A DNA stretch of 64,000 nucleotides from Ylistrum balloti (GCF_031769215.1 NW_026782115.1:620001-684000), one strand, 5' to 3'; positions 1 through 14,644 are shown, counted from the stretch's first letter. Made by a program: numbers and translations. Notes: a model not told the origin generated them from the sequence alone.

Positions 1-2556
1 CGAAAGGTGAAATGACGATTGACCCTATTCTTCAACGGGTAAACAAATAAATACACATAAGGAAAAACACATTTAATACGGGAATTTATCGAATTCTCGA
101 TGAAGGATTAAACGGTATTAAACCAAGATACAATATAAGAAATGAATTGATACAACATCAAGGTTTTAATGACAACAACGGAATTACACGGGAAAGTAAA
201 CCTTGTAACATATAGTTTAAAACATTAACACGTCCAGGGCTAATGATTTTGTGACCCGACTTACTTAACGGTCAGGGGTATAGATTATGAGTGTCTTCTT
301 CGCGGTGAAAGTAATGTCTTTGATGTCAAGGTCCAGTAGTTTCCAATTCCTAACAAGCACTAAAGTAAGAAAATAGTTGAAGATGATGAATATGGGAAAT
401 AGGAGAATCAAAATTTCCATGAAAAATAAAATATTTATGTAGGAGAAAGAATGTCCTACAACGTGTGCCGTATATGACGCAGAAGATATCTACGAGTTGG
501 TAACCTTTCGCTTCAAGTTATTGTGATTGTTATTGAGGTAATAGTATCCTGAATGAAATTATATTATAGACGATGTAATTGCAAGTGAATTATTAGCAAA
601 TCTCATAAAACCAATGAAAGTTCCATAGGATATATGCAAAATACACATCTTGTAATTACAACGACCATAACTCTATTCAGTGAATCCGTTCATTTTAATA
701 TAACTATATCACCAGTATTTTGGGTCATATTGATTAGCTCTCCGATATTACTGAGCGAAAGTTTTCATCTTATGCGACTGGATTATTTCAGTCATGGGAA
801 CAGCCGCCGGAACATGGATCATTGTGAAGTCACAATACACCGGGACCATCTACAATTATAGTCACCGAATGAGATGGCGACGAGCAAGCATAAATGCTAT
901 TTGGTTTGTAGTTTTTGCTGCTTTCGTTTTTGTCTGTATACATCTATTAATGTTTTTTCCGCCACATTATTTTGTAATCATCAAGGAGTGGAATGATACG
1001 AAACCACGTGACATTATTAACGCCGCAACACGAAAAATAAATGAACAAACAATGTTAGATTTATAAGTGATGGTCACTTGGTTCACTACCTTGATGAGTT
1101 AAGGCAGATAAAGGGTGTTTTGAAACTCTTTTTCACATTTATGATTTGTTTATGAAAATATTAATGAAGTCTGTTTAAAAGCTTTAACAAAAATGGGCAC
1201 AAGAATTGAGAAATATGAAAAATAAATAAATAAGAATGATAACCTCACACATATAAATTACATGATATATCCTAATGAATATTTTGCCATGAATCACAAA
1301 TGGCGAATGTTTCGTTCAAGGATCACATTAAAGATCTTTGAAAAGAGGATTTGGATTAACGCATCGGCACTTGAAAACATTTCAGATATTCGTTAGACAT
1401 TTAACTTACATCAGGCTTAATACACATTTCAACCTTCAAAAGTTAAAAGCTAATGTTTTTTCCTTCATTAACTTATTATTGCCATAGTCAGCCATGCGTT
1501 TAATACATGTATGTATATGTACATCTCCATGTACAATAAACGTGCCATGGAAATTAATGTAACTCCTGTTTACTAGTTAACACTTATTTACTAGTTTTAT
1601 GTTTACAATATGACAGGTGCGACTTCCACATGTCTGATGAACACACTTAAATTCACAACAAAATATTTTGACGTTGAAGAATATAAAAACTTTTTCCTAT
1701 TATATCAACATTTTCTTTCGTTGTGGCGTGATATTGCTAGCGTTTTGAATACATAATTGAGAAATATGAATATAAAATGTCTCGGACATATCTCAGTTGA
1801 CGTAGGGAATTCTAAGTATTAAAGAAGCTTTATCTCTCCAGCTATCGCTCATTAAGCGATGGTCAAAGAAAGACGACACACAAAGACAAGAAACAAACAC
1901 ACCCTCAATCCCTCATAAAATAATTAAAGGTGATTTGGTGACGACTGAAATTAAATTAATTTTTTTTCAGAGGTAGAATTATTTTCCCAGAAGGTCTTAA
2001 ATAATTCTAAAGCATTGAGGATCATGTTTTAATCTTTAATTCATGCATAGCCACTTGTTTGCTCTGCCCCACGTATTGACGCAATAGTATGAGGAAAGAA
2101 CCCACATATTATATGGATTATAATACCGACCACTATCTGAGATATTGTTTAACGTTAGATAAGTTATGCTCAATAAATCGTTCGTGATCCTAAAACAACT
2201 TCTGGGATATGATGTTTCTTCCCACGAAGATCCACACGTGTTATTTTATCATTACAATAATTCGTACGATTTCTGCAAACGCGTTTGCCTCACCTTTGAA
2301 CAGGTACACTGAGACCTATATGAATTTGCAGTTTTTCTATTATAAGAATGTGAAGGTTCTTTTTATATCATCAAAGGGATTTGGCGGGTTCTTGTTTTAA
2401 AGATTTTTTTCTGGAAAAATATGTCACCTAGAACAAAAACGCATCTGTTCTTTGAACATGTATAAATCTTAATGGGTTTTAATTAAAAACGAGGATTGAA
2501 CATAATATGTTTATAGATTGACAATATCATCTTGCTGTTTGTTTCAATTTCTAATA

Positions 2557-2761
2557 CTGTAAATAACTTTCTTTAAGCGAGTATTTCATTTCGCGAAAGG
2601 TAAGTGACTGTCTTATTCGTGAATATATGATTTCACCGGTACCACACTACAAAAGTCATTTCTTTAAGGACAACTTCAGCAAACGTAAAAATTTGCGAGG
2701 GATTTGATTTCACGCGAATAAACGAAAACATAATCTCTCGCGAAAGAACCGTGATTTACAG
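2557..2761. mobile_element. MITE (non-autonomous DNA transposon, TA target)
   Basis: Imperfect ~27-bp terminal inverted repeats: CTGTAAATAACTTTCTTTAAGCGAG on the left versus the reverse complement of the right end, CTGTAAATCACGGTTCTTTCGCGAG. Flanked by TA at 2555-2556 and 2762-2763. Internal TCGCGAA-like motifs, no ORF. Confidence 0.75.
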
Positions 2762-4256
2762 TACCTATAATAAAAATAATTGTATTTGGAAAAAATGTCA
2801 TTCGCCATTACTGTCGCTGGTTAACTTTATGATTAATTTGAAAATAGGCTGAAGTAATATATTAACAATCTATTTTGTTTATTGTAGGATTTCAGGAATA
2901 AGCGCCACTGAAACCGCAACCGGAAGTCAGTTCCGATTGTCATTTTTTCCTTCCTGTTTAAGGTAAAGTATATGACGTACACACATGTCATAATAAAGTT
3001 AAGGAAAGAAAAGCAATTAACTTGTGGAAAACTTGGAGCTGAACATCAAAGGCTATTGTATGGAGAATTGATGACTGAGGTCATATCTTACACTGAGCAT
3101 AGAGTAGGTCAGCCAAGTAGATGAGTCAATCAATCATGTTGAATAATTATGATTAAAAAATGTTCTCTGAGATGTGGTGTCCTGTTGCATGTGACTAAAT
3201 ATCGTGGTTAACAAAATGCTAATTAAATGCATATATAATTTGTTTCATAAACCTGTGAAACGTGTTGCAAATGAATTACCAAATCCCCCGCACTGACAAA
3301 CCACAACATGTATAAGACCTAGAACTCACACCAGTGGGCACCTTATTATTAGGAAATCCATGATAAGTAATAGTCATTGATGTGACATAGAACGTGTACA
3401 ATGATGAATATTTATTTACACACTTCCCATGTTGTATCCAGGATGTAATACACACGATGTTACTCGAATTAAAGAAAGAAATCACGATAACTGTGCTTGA
3501 AATAATATCACATCAAATAACATGCGGCTAACAAAACAATCGAATCCTGTTGTAAATTGATCCAAAATAAATATCATCTTTCGGGTAATGTTTAAATTGA
3601 GCATTACATAAATTTTATGTGGGAAAATACAAGTTTTGGATATTCCATAGGAAAAACCAGATTACATAATTTCCTTTTAAAAATGATACTTGGCTGACAA
3701 AGGTAACAGACAAAAGTTTCAGTTGCGTAACTAGCGTTTCAAGATATGGGTTGTAGTAATAATAAAGTAGAGTAATTTATAGCTTGTCTCGTGTACTCAG
3801 TCATTGTTAATAGCATGCAAGGTAACAGAAGATACATGACAATCAATATACAGTATACCCCGAATGATAAGTCTGTGCTATCTCAAACAGTAAATTTATA
3901 GATAGTTAGAACAGAGTCATGGATAAGTCAAAAAAAATATGAGAGACCTGTGCAAATAGGTAAATATAAAAGTGGAAAACCCTAGGAATAAAATGCTGAG
4001 TGAGATAATTCATAAAAGTGCAGTGATCGTACCGTTTCAAATAATTACTCAAATGGTGAAAAGTGCAAGGTAATATTCTTCTTCTTTTAACATATCCTGT
4101 GTACTTCTGATCAGCAATATATAATGAGCCAAGACATTAAAAACTCCATCTTCACACTCGTAGAATCATCTGCCTTCAAATCTATTGCATCCATGGGGTT
4201 GGTTTATCTCTGTTTCTATATTTCACATAAATCTATTAAGGTTGATTCTCCTCTTT

Positions 4257-4450
4257 CTGTCTGTCTACATTTCTACACATTTGTTATGACCGATTCACAT
4301 TTTCCTGTCTGTTTACATTTCTACAAATTTGTTATGACCGATTAACATTTTCCTTACTGTCTGTCTACAATACCACACATTTGTTATAGCCTTTTTACAT
4401 TTTTCTGTCTGTCTACATTTTCACACATTCGTTCGTCCTATTCACATTTT
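4257..4450. repeat. Degenerate ~48-bp minisatellite, ~4 units
   Basis: Unit CTGTCTGTCTACATTTCTACACATTTGTTATGACCGATTCACATTTTC starts at ~4257, 4305, 4357 and 4405. Confidence 0.85.
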
Positions 4451-4973
4451 ACTATCCTTCCCTCTTCATTTGCACACATATATTAATCCCGATTCTCATT
4501 TTCCAAACTGTTCGTATGCAATTCCACACACTTGTTTTGACAGATTCACATTTTCAAAACCACTCTATATTTCCACGGTACAGTCCGTGAAGAAAGATAC
4601 AGTTCGGTTTTCTTCTTATATGATACCAATTTCCAAACATTATTACCCTTTATTAGGTATTAGTGTGTGAGTGACCTTTATTGTATGTGGGACTATAATG
4701 ATTTAATGATTAGTTTAATAAGTGAAAAACGTTCAGATAAGGAAAACATTAAGATATCATTTTTGGAATGTTTGGCATGAAAAATTTAATCTTTCATCAA
4801 GTCAACATCTTCGCAACACAAAGTTCAAGGACCGATTAGTGTTTTAAGATTGCTGTTCAGACCATAGCGAAGTCTGACTCCTACTGTCTAAACCCCCTTG
4901 GTTTATCACCTTGTATTACGGAGAAAACACAACGAGAGAGGTATCAGAGAGAGCCTAATTCAACCAGACAGTT

Positions 4974-5097
4974 TACCTGTCGTTACCTGGCACAGGTGTA
5001 TTGTAGCTTGCATAGCCGGATCACCTGGTGCTTTGTAGTGAGGTGTTAACGTCCCGTAGTATATATAGGAGAGAAAGCCCCAGGTAAATCATCAGTT
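4974..5097 (+). promoter_or_regulatory. g1 core promoter: CAGGTR cluster, TATA box, Inr
   Basis: TATATATA at 5060-5067 and TCAGTT at 5092-5097 (~30 nt spacing). CAGGTG/CAGGTA on either strand at 4974, 4984, 4993, 5022 and 5081. Confidence 0.7.
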
Positions 5098-5172
5098 CTC
5101 AACGCGACACATTACCGGTAACACGTACCTTATATTAGTGTCATATAGAGTAAGAAAATCTACAGGATTACA

Positions 5173-6126
5173 ATGGAAACTTTACTGTCATCAGCTCCAT
5201 CAAACACCACTGCCACTGACAGAATTAACAGTGCGCTAGCGACACTGAGGAATGAAATGGTAAATTTTGTCTCTAGTTGTCATCTGTCTGTACAAACAGT
5301 ATTAAATAACCTCTGATGTAACATTAGAGACTGGAATAGTAAACTTTATTTAATTTTATTCTCATTCGAGTTTGACCAAAAAAATTAATCGATTCAAAGA
5401 AATATAACTTTGGACTTAAAGTTATACTCTACGAAAGCAAACTTTGAATTTAATTGGAAAAAGTAACATTATTTCGACTTTTATTTTAAGTTTTATTTTA
5501 TTGTCTTTCCAGGCTGACCTACGGCAACAAGATGTGATGTTAATGAAACAGCTCATCAACATTAATGACACTATCCAGAGTCTAGCTAAACGACGGCCAA
5601 GTTCACACAGACCACTGAAGAAAAAATTATCCTTTGTCAACGGACGAAGAGCATTTGTGAATAGTGATGAATCCATTCCCGAAAACACCTCACACATACA
5701 ACAAAAACGAATGACATGGACTTCCAGCAGTTCTTTTGGCAGTATTGGTGGGTACTAACCAAGATAAACCTTCAGTTATTATTTATAGAAATGAGCTCAG
5801 TTGAAAAAAAAGAACAATAACGTTATTTTGAAATGAAGAGAAGAAAACACAATGATTAAATACTTACATTGATATGTTTGATGTTTTTTTCAGATTCCTC
5901 CAGTTCTACTGAAGACATGGGTTTTATGGATTCTGACAGTGATGACAGTCTTTGTAGTTCAGATCAAACCCTAAGTGACTCATTATCCTCCGTAACGTCG
6001 AGATCCTTGTTCATCGCTAAAATATCAGAAACAGACGATCAATCGGATGAAGAAATTTTCAGAAGAAACATCAAATTATGGAAATTTTCTCAGTCAGAAA
6101 GCTTCGAACATTCCGTTGTGTCTTGA
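5173..6126 (+). CDS. g1: LURAP-domain protein, long 3-exon form, 184 aa (exons 5173-5259, 5513-5747, 5894-6126)
   Basis: METLLSSAPSNTTATDRINSALATLRNEM|ADLRQQDVMLMKQLININDTIQSL...FGSI|DSSSSTEDMGFMDSDSDD...EEIFRRNIKLWKFS...VVS*. GT-AG introns of phase 0 and phase 1 (second donor G|GTGGGT, inferred from the required phase). 555 nt in frame. Confidence 0.85.
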
Positions 6127-9100
6127 ACATAAATGGAAAGCTTCTGTGTATATTTCATCGTGTTATGATGCTATAATACGAGAGCCTGACACCTAACTCA
6201 TGCTCAGAATTTAATCCTGATATACTCAGTATCCATATTAAGGATTAACTCAGTGGCCTTCAAAGTCCCAAAGGCAACTCGAGGCTGTCAGAGATCCGCT
6301 TCCAGGATATCCAAGATCACTACCGAAGACAGTTGTATTGAACCAAAGTGCCATCACAGATAGGACGGAATCACAAGGTAGTCCTAACCAGACGTCACAG
6401 GACATTGCATATTATATGTAATAAAAAACATTGAGCTACAATCACTGCCAAAGTGAATATCATTCATTTTATCGTTAGATTGGATTATTGAGAACAATAT
6501 TTCTTTAACTGTAATATTGAAATAGAGACGGTCCAAAAGGACATGCAGAAGAAGATTAAGATTGTGATGTAGTAGTAATCTGTTGTATTATGGAGCTATG
6601 TGTGAGTGAAAGAAAGAGTCATTCCACTTAAAGACGTCAAAACGAGACATGTGCCATTATTGCTCATTGCTGCCAAGAGTGGGAGTGTTGGTACGAGAGA
6701 CAGGAACGTGACAGGAGATAAGTAGTGTGGGTTATAATGTTGATTCATACAGTCATACTGTTTATGTTAGAAAGTAAAACAAATGTTTGACATGTATTAT
6801 CGATCTGACGATAAGTATGAATGGACGGTATTTATCTGTTTGATAAGCATTATTTTGTCGATCATTTGTTATCGTATGCATGTGTTTATACCTTCAGAAG
6901 AATGTGTTTGAATGTATACGCCTAGATGTTTTTGAATGTTTAGAATGTTATCAAACCGAATGAGATCGGAACAAATAAAAAAAGTCTTAAATAAATGCCA
7001 AATGTCTTTGTTTGCTGTTTCTTCTATGAGCAATACATCATGTTATGTACCCGGAAATAATATAGGGTGATCTGAGTATTGTTAAAAAAAAGCCTATATA
7101 CGTAGGTCGATTTAAGTTCTGTAATTCTATTGTCTGAACTGAATGTCTGACAATATTTATTCGAATAACGTTGTGCAAATATGAAAGCATATATGCGTTT
7201 CTACTTTCACTCATACAACAGTAGAATAAGCAAGTAACGTGAGAAATAGAATATGTCACTATACACACATATGCAGATATGTATCATGAAGAAAAACAAA
7301 TTCTATGTAATATCAAGGAAAACATCAGAAACAATAACTAAGAAAAACATTATATACAAAAGCCCTATAGTTTTTAATACACTTTGATAATCTGTTTGTT
7401 TATACCAACAACTTTGAAGACAACCGGTAGGCGTAGGTGTAAACTGATTGTATATTTCAACTAAAATAGTGGACAATGCCATAACTCTTTATCTTTTAAA
7501 TGTGTCCCAGTATCGGTCAGTCGCAGCTTACATGCCGCAAAACTAATGTTATAATAAAAGTTCTTATAACACAACCAATAGAAGATCTGGGTGTGACGTT
7601 TTAACTACTTAGGTTAGCACTGGTAAGTTTCATATTGGTCATTTGTCTGATGAAGTTGACCATTCAATTATTTAAACGTTACACAAAAAATATATTTTAT
7701 TCTATATTAAAAATTAATTCAAAATAATAACAGCGATGACAACATCTTTTTATAGCTTGAACGTAATATGAAAATCGATCAATACCTGTTCACAAATTAA
7801 AGTCGTTAAGATGTATGTCTTCTTGTAATTTTCCAGTAAAGCTTACCATTGCAAAAGTTATTAGCTACCTCGAAAAATCACGTGACAGGCTCATGGAATT
7901 AACAATAAGAGTGAAACTCTTCTCCGATTCTAGAAGACGCCGAAAGTATATGTATATACACGATAGAAATCAACTGAGCATATATTTAAAATTTATAACT
8001 ACTTTACTACTGTACTACTAATGATGTTTACTATAAAATAGTTTGTCATTAACGAACATTTGTCTCGTTAAACGAATCACACTGGACATTGCCCGTACAT
8101 AATGCTACGTACTTACATATATATGAAAATACATTCTTACGTTCCCAAAAGTAAGTACTTTGTGCTTTTTAATTCGGAAAGATGAGACAGATACACACAT
8201 TAAACACTGTAAAAATATTTACAAGATTACATAACCCAATAACAAAGTCAATTAGACTGTAAATTCTGAGATAAATATAAGGATATCCTCCGTACTTCAA
8301 TGATGCGATATCAATGTTGATAAAGTAGAAATAACCGGACACGATTAATGAGATATCGTGTAGGGTGGTTCATTTTTCCTTTTAAGAGTCTTCAGGAGAC
8401 TATTTGAAGAAAAAAAACCAGAAAAAACGATATTAAAGATTTCCTATTTCGTCAGTTTAAACAGGAAAATGTTGATTACAAAAAAGAACCCGTGTTATTA
8501 TCTTTTATGTTTTATGACTTGGCCAGATTATGTTACTTTCCTATCATTCCTTAACCCGGACAATTGAAGTGAGGAATAGTGCACATACAATTTTGATTTA
8601 GTACACAACACACGATCATGCATGCTGCAAGGTTTATAAAATGCTAGATTTATTGTTGGAGTTTCAAATTACATATCTGGCTATTCTTATCCATAAACGG
8701 CGTCTAACATGTTGATATAACCTTTATCAAATCAAATGTAACGCAAAATACAACATTGATATAAATACTGACAGGAAACTTTTTTAGTGCACATTTTCTC
8801 TTACGAAGCAAAAAATTCATGAAATACACTGAATATTGAAATCAGATACCTTATTTTCATTAGCTACATTACCGACAGACGTAAGTAAATGCATTAGATG
8901 TCATTAAAATACACTTAAGAGATTTAGCTCTCCCAGTACCAGCCGATATATATCGGGTTTTTGACGTCAGTTATAATTACAATATGCCAAACCCCTAATT
9001 TAGCATTTTTATTCCATTTCGATATAAATTTGGATCTATCTATCAGGAAGCATTCATCACTAATTCACTTTACCTATTAATTTTATTTTGAAAAAAAGAA

Positions 9101-10702
9101 GCTCTCATATTAGTTAAAACAATTGATTAAGGTAACTTGCATTGCAACATGATATATATACAACTCACATTATGAGATGGTACATGTAATTGAGGAAGAA
9201 AACTCCTACTAATCGTGGTTGATTTGTATAAAGATAGACTGTCTTTATGTGTTGATTCACAACATTATATTGCTTTTGAGTTTTGATATACACTATCATA
9301 TACAAAAAACGGTTTGTCACTTTTAATGCGCATTTATCCGTTTCATAATAGCCAAAGATAGCATTCAACAAAATGTGTCATCACAGGAAAAGGCGGATTT
9401 CAAGTGCTATTGATGTTTATTTCTGTCTATTTACTGTCTCCTTGGTAAGCATTGTTCATTATCAAGTTATATTTGTTTTTCGGTTAACTGTTTATCAGTG
9501 ATGTGTTTTCCTGTGAGTCAGTGAAGTTACTCGAGAGAGCGTCTTTCTGCCGTTTATATATTTAATCACCAGACACAATACAACTGAACTCTCAGCCGGG
9601 TTTACCCTGAAATTTGTCACTAGCTGTTGCCATGAAATGAGGTTTACGTCAATGTCTTTACATTGCAGAAACCATACCTATGATAATGCGTGCTATGCTT
9701 TTGTGCATTAAAGTTATCTTGCCTAGTCAACTAGCTACCTTCAATGTTAAAATGGCTTCCATTTCGTAATGATAAGTTGTTGTAATGTTCTTTTTTTGTC
9801 CAAGCACAGTAATTAATTAGTTTTGTCCCTGACAAATACCCATACCCACCGTGTATAACGCTGCAGGAGAGAAATTAGCTAAGTCTTATAATTTGTCATT
9901 TATTTTCAAATTTTATCAACAATAAGTAATGTACTAATTGATCATGTTTGCTAAGGAAATCAATTAAATTTTCATTTCGTTTCAGAACATCTAATTTAGA
10001 TAAAATGAATTCCCAAGGCATTTCTGACAGGCGTTTATTTATTATAATATTCTATGATGAGATTGCATTAACTAAACATGGAGGAAAAACAAAAACATCA
10101 GAAGAATGTTCGAGGGTAAATTAAGAAAACTTTTTTTAAAAAATTAAGAAAAAGAAACAATTTACACAATTAAAAACTTTAAAGGATAGTAAGATGAGGC
10201 GTTTCAAAAGGTTAGGGGCTTCTACTTTGTCGACAATACTTCCTATGTAAAGTCATATGGTCATTCCAAGTCAGTAATGTAAGGTTGTCAAAATGAGAAG
10301 TGAGCTAATCGAGCTAGAAAGCTGCAATACTAACAATTATCAAACACAAATAACTTCAAAGACTCTCTAGGAAATAATTGATAATGATTGATATGAAAAG
10401 CAGCTTGAAAACAGTAAAATATTGGGATCTGATGAGATTTTTAACATTTTTAGACGGTTCTATTGCTGTCAGGTGAATACAAACATAAAATCCTATTTTC
10501 ACAATACTGTTAATGATAAAAATATCAGTGATAAATTGTGTAGAATCAAAAGAAAAACTCATCTTTGTGATGATCATAAAACGTTCCTAGTGTGTCCTGA
10601 AGCAGTGTTCAATTTAATAAGCGTACTACATCAATTTTCTACATGTAACAATAGTGTTAAAATGATTCATACACATGAAAGAAGCAAACAAACTGTTTAT
10701 GC

Positions 10703-10704
<2 letters not shown>

Positions 10705-10752
<48 letters not shown>
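10705..10752. repeat. (GT)19 + (AT)5 microsatellite
   Basis: Read directly from the sequence. Confidence 0.97.
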
Positions 10753-12479
10753 CTGTGTTGTCATCAACACTATATTCTACCAATACTAATTTATATATAA
10801 ACAAATATTTTTTTATTATCAATATTGCTCGTCAATAATGTGTGATATTGTTCGTGTTTTTGTGATACAGAGTGAAGCGTTTATATCAATAATGCAGGCA
10901 TAACATTCAGTAATTATACAGTAGCCTTATTTGCATGTAAACAGACACATTTACATAAACTGGTGTACATTATACTGCACATTGGTGGGATTGAATAATT
11001 TTGTGTAAGTTTCATATCTAATTAGTTAAAAAAAAATTATGAATACTGAGCGTATGATACGGAAAAAGCAAATATCAGCAGAATGAATAGTTCATGACAA
11101 TCGATATACATGTTTATTGTTTTCTCTCTCTTTTTACTATAACACATAGGAAGTTTCCATTATCTATTCATCCATGTTTCCGACATAACATCAACTTCTG
11201 CGTCTCAACATCGTTTATAGAAGGTGTGACTTGTAGGTGTAAAAGATAATTAAACAAGGCAAAACAGAATAAAAAACAAAACATAAAGATATACGACTGT
11301 CATTTTCTACAGATGAATATACGTCTTTGATAACGTGCACTTGTTAAGGAGTGTAACGATATGTACAGTACGTGTGTACATGTCATGAGACTGGAGTGTT
11401 GTACTATTTCGACGCCTGTATCAGACACCTCCTGTAATGTATACAACAAGGCAGGACTGTGTGTGCACCCGTCCTACGGTCGACAGCACCAGTCAGCTTA
11501 CCCCCAGCCACGCTTGGTGTGTGACTGTTTATAGCAGGTATAAACGGTAAACAGAGCTGACAACAACAAGGAAACAATGATGCTAATGTGATATCATATC
11601 TAAAAGTAGATTATAATACTGAAGTCAATGGGTATGATAATCAACGCTAACCAAGGGGAAGTATATTACGTCTGAGGTGACTCCTAAGGTGGGGACCAAT
11701 TTTGAATGACTTGAAATTTATGTCTTATTGAATGCGATATTGATTTGTATTAACAGACTTTCAGTCATTCATGTGATAAATTCTTTCAAATTGAAATAAA
11801 ATAGGAAGAAAATGTAGCTAGTGCGAGATCTCTTATTTTCTACTGCAAGAGAGTCCCATCCTTATCAGTACTTCCTGAATGTAAACAAAACTGACAATAA
11901 CAAGTTGTGTGTCACATAAAGGGACATAACTCTTATACATACACTTGCTTTCATAACGGTATGTGTTTTGTTTTCGGGATACTTACAGAAATATGTGCCT
12001 TTATCTGTCGGATATTAGGACATTATTTACTGCTATAATCCTTCTTTCACATCTGAGTTAAATATTCTTATTATTACATAGAATAAATAAAGAACATCTT
12101 GAACAAGATTAGCACATCTAACTGTATTGGCATACATGCACAACAACATAATTATTTGCATATAAGGTATTTGCATGATAATATTGTCTCAAAAAAAATA
12201 ATTTATTGAAAAAGTAAATACTTTGAATTGTGAATTATTTCATAATTTGAGAAAAAATCCGATCCAATCAAATACTAGCCTTACACAGTCGTTGAGCGTT
12301 ATTTATGTTTTGATGATAATTATGGAATATCGTCGTCCCATTCTTGTGATATGGTAATGAACTTTTTAATAATTTTATACCAATACAACAAGTTGTTGAT
12401 TTTGGTTGAAGTAAGGCGTTGTAATTGTGTCGTATGATGTACGTTAAGATTGTGCTGTAAGTGGTGGAGTTCATCTGTT

Positions 12480-13300
12480 AGGGTTATAATGATGAAGGTG
12501 ATGCTGTTAGCTGTATAGTGGCGATAGTGTTATTGGTGATGCTGCTACAAGTGGTATAGTGGTGGTGTTGTTGGTGATGTATTTGTTGTTGGTTGTATAG
12601 TGGTGATGCTATGTTGCTGGTGCTGGTGCCGTTTCTGTAGAGGTGATGGTGCTGTTGTTGAGGATGGTACCGGTTCTGTAGAGGTAATGGTGCTGTTGTT
12701 GAGGATGGTACCGGTTCTGTAGAGGCGATGGTGCTGTTGGTGAGTATAGTACCGGTTCTGTAGAGGTAATGGTGCTGTTGGTGAGTATAGTACCGGTTCT
12801 GTAGAGGTGATGGTGCTGTTGGTGAGTATAGTACCGGTTCTGTAGAGGTCATAGTGCTGTTGGTGAGTATAGTACCGGTTCTGCAGAGGTGATGGTGCTG
12901 TTGGTGAGCGACGAGTTTTTGTGAGATTGGTTGATGCTGGTTCTGTAATGGTGATGTTAGTGCTATTTGTGACGATGGTGTCGGTCCTGTCGTTGCGTTG
13001 GTGCTACAGTGGTGATAGTGCTGTTGGTGAGGATGGTACCGGTTTTGTTATGATGATGGTGTTGTTGGTGAGGATGGTACCGGTGTTGTAGAGGTGATGG
13101 TGCTGTTGGTGAGGATAGTACCGGTTCTGTAGAGGTGATGGTGCTGTTGGCGAGGATGGTACCGGTTCTGTAATGATGATGGTGCTGTTGGAGAGGATGG
13201 TGTCGGGTTCTGTCGTTGCGTTGGTTCTGTAGTGGTGATGGCGTAGTTGGTGATATTTGTGAGGTTGGTGATAAAGTGTTGTCGGAGGATGATAAAACAT
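12480..13300. repeat. 41-bp minisatellite embedded in GGT/GAT/GTT low-complexity DNA
   Basis: Unit AGAGGTGATGGTGCTGTTGGTGAGTATAGTACCGGTTCTGT starts at 12639, 12680, 12721, 12762, 12803, 12844 and 12885; a second block lies at ~13020-13230. Confidence 0.9.
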
Positions 13301-13911
13301 ATTTTGTTTTCATAATTTATTCAATAACAATTGTAGAGAAAAAATAACGGCACATATCAGCCTTAAAATCTAAGACTATTGTCAATATCTCACGATGTAC
13401 ATTTCATCGTGTATATCTTCCCACTTTTAAACAATAACAAGCGGTTGAATAAATCAATGTTATGTATAAATTTACAATAAGTTGTTACAGATAAATTCTG
13501 CTTGTCATTTGTATATAACATGTTTTAGAGAAAGTCTCGTCAAAACAACATGCATTGTACAATAAATCTACACAGACATAGATATAGGTCAGACAACATT
13601 AAACCAGATACATTGGTGTTATAGGTGAATGGAATGCTTTCAATTTGATTTCCAGCATAGAATTTGGAACACAATATTGAAACCATCGATTTTAAGTTGT
13701 GAATTATTAATAGTCACTGATTTAACGGTTAGAAATACGTGCGGAAAGAATGTCAATTTCACCCGTAAAAGATGAAATATACGGTATATTATCACAGATA
13801 CGTCAGTAAAGACATTTGATTTTGAAGTAAAATGTTTGTATGGTTAATTTTGGTTCTATAACCGTCGTCTGGTCGCACGTTGTTCGTTCATAACGTGTTT
13901 GCAAAAGGTAT

Positions 13912-14644
13912 CTAAATATTCGGTTCTCTTCCACATATACTGTCGTCGCTATCGGAATCAGCACTACTCAAGTCTTCTTTACAGCTGGATACGTCTGAAA
14001 GGACACAGATTGCGAACTGTGAGACTAAGCATCCTATAAACTGAATTACATTACAAAAGAAAAAACAAATAATTACATTTATCCCCTTTCTTATATGATT
14101 TCACACCTTAGACAATTGATAGAATTGAGCAAAGGATATTTTTGAAAATGCAACATCCTAATTTACCTTCGATGCTGGACAGTGATCCACTCAAAGTAGT
14201 GTTCAAGCTGCAAATGGTCATGACATCTTGATCTTCCCGTTGTTTCATGAGTGAAATGTCCTCTTCTGGAATGGAGTCATTCCGATTGATGAATCTCCGT
14301 CGTCCTTTTAATAAATTTATTTTTTTCTTGAGAGATCCTCTTTGAACTGGCTTCCGTTTAGATAAGCTTTTGATGTTTTCGTTGATACACAATAGCTGTT
14401 TCATCAACTGTCCATCCTGTTGTCTGAGGTCTAGCTAAAATATAAGAGACAGAAAGGTAGCTAGAATTGAAAAAAGGGATGAAAAATGTGTTAACACGAA
14501 TCAGATCTAGTAATCAATATGATGAAAATAAAGGAATAATATACAAAAGGTGTTTACCATTTCACTTCTGAGTGTCGCAAGAGCATTGCTTATTCTTTCA
14601 GTTGAGGAACAAGTTGTTGAAGCTGCTGTCAGTAAAGAATCCAT
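13912..14644 (-). CDS. g2: LURAP-domain protein, short 3-exon form, 145 aa (exons 14644-14558, 14434-14167, 13994-13912)
   Basis: MDSLLTAASTTCSSTERISNALATLRSEM|LDLRQQDGQLMKQLLCINENIKSL...TLSGSLSSIE|DVSSCKEDLSSADSDSDDSICGREPNI*. Canonical GT-AG introns, phases 0 and 1. 438 nt. Confidence 0.88.

Noticed and set aside
2889-2961. Exon-like segment with acceptor and AAG|GTAAAG donor
   Set aside because: No neighbouring exons or homology could be established; it contains an ETS-like ACCGGAAGT and may be non-coding.
12484-13313. His/Gln/Thr-rich ORFs in the minisatellite as real proteins
   Set aside because: The 41-nt period rotates the frame and several frames are open; no splice or promoter support.
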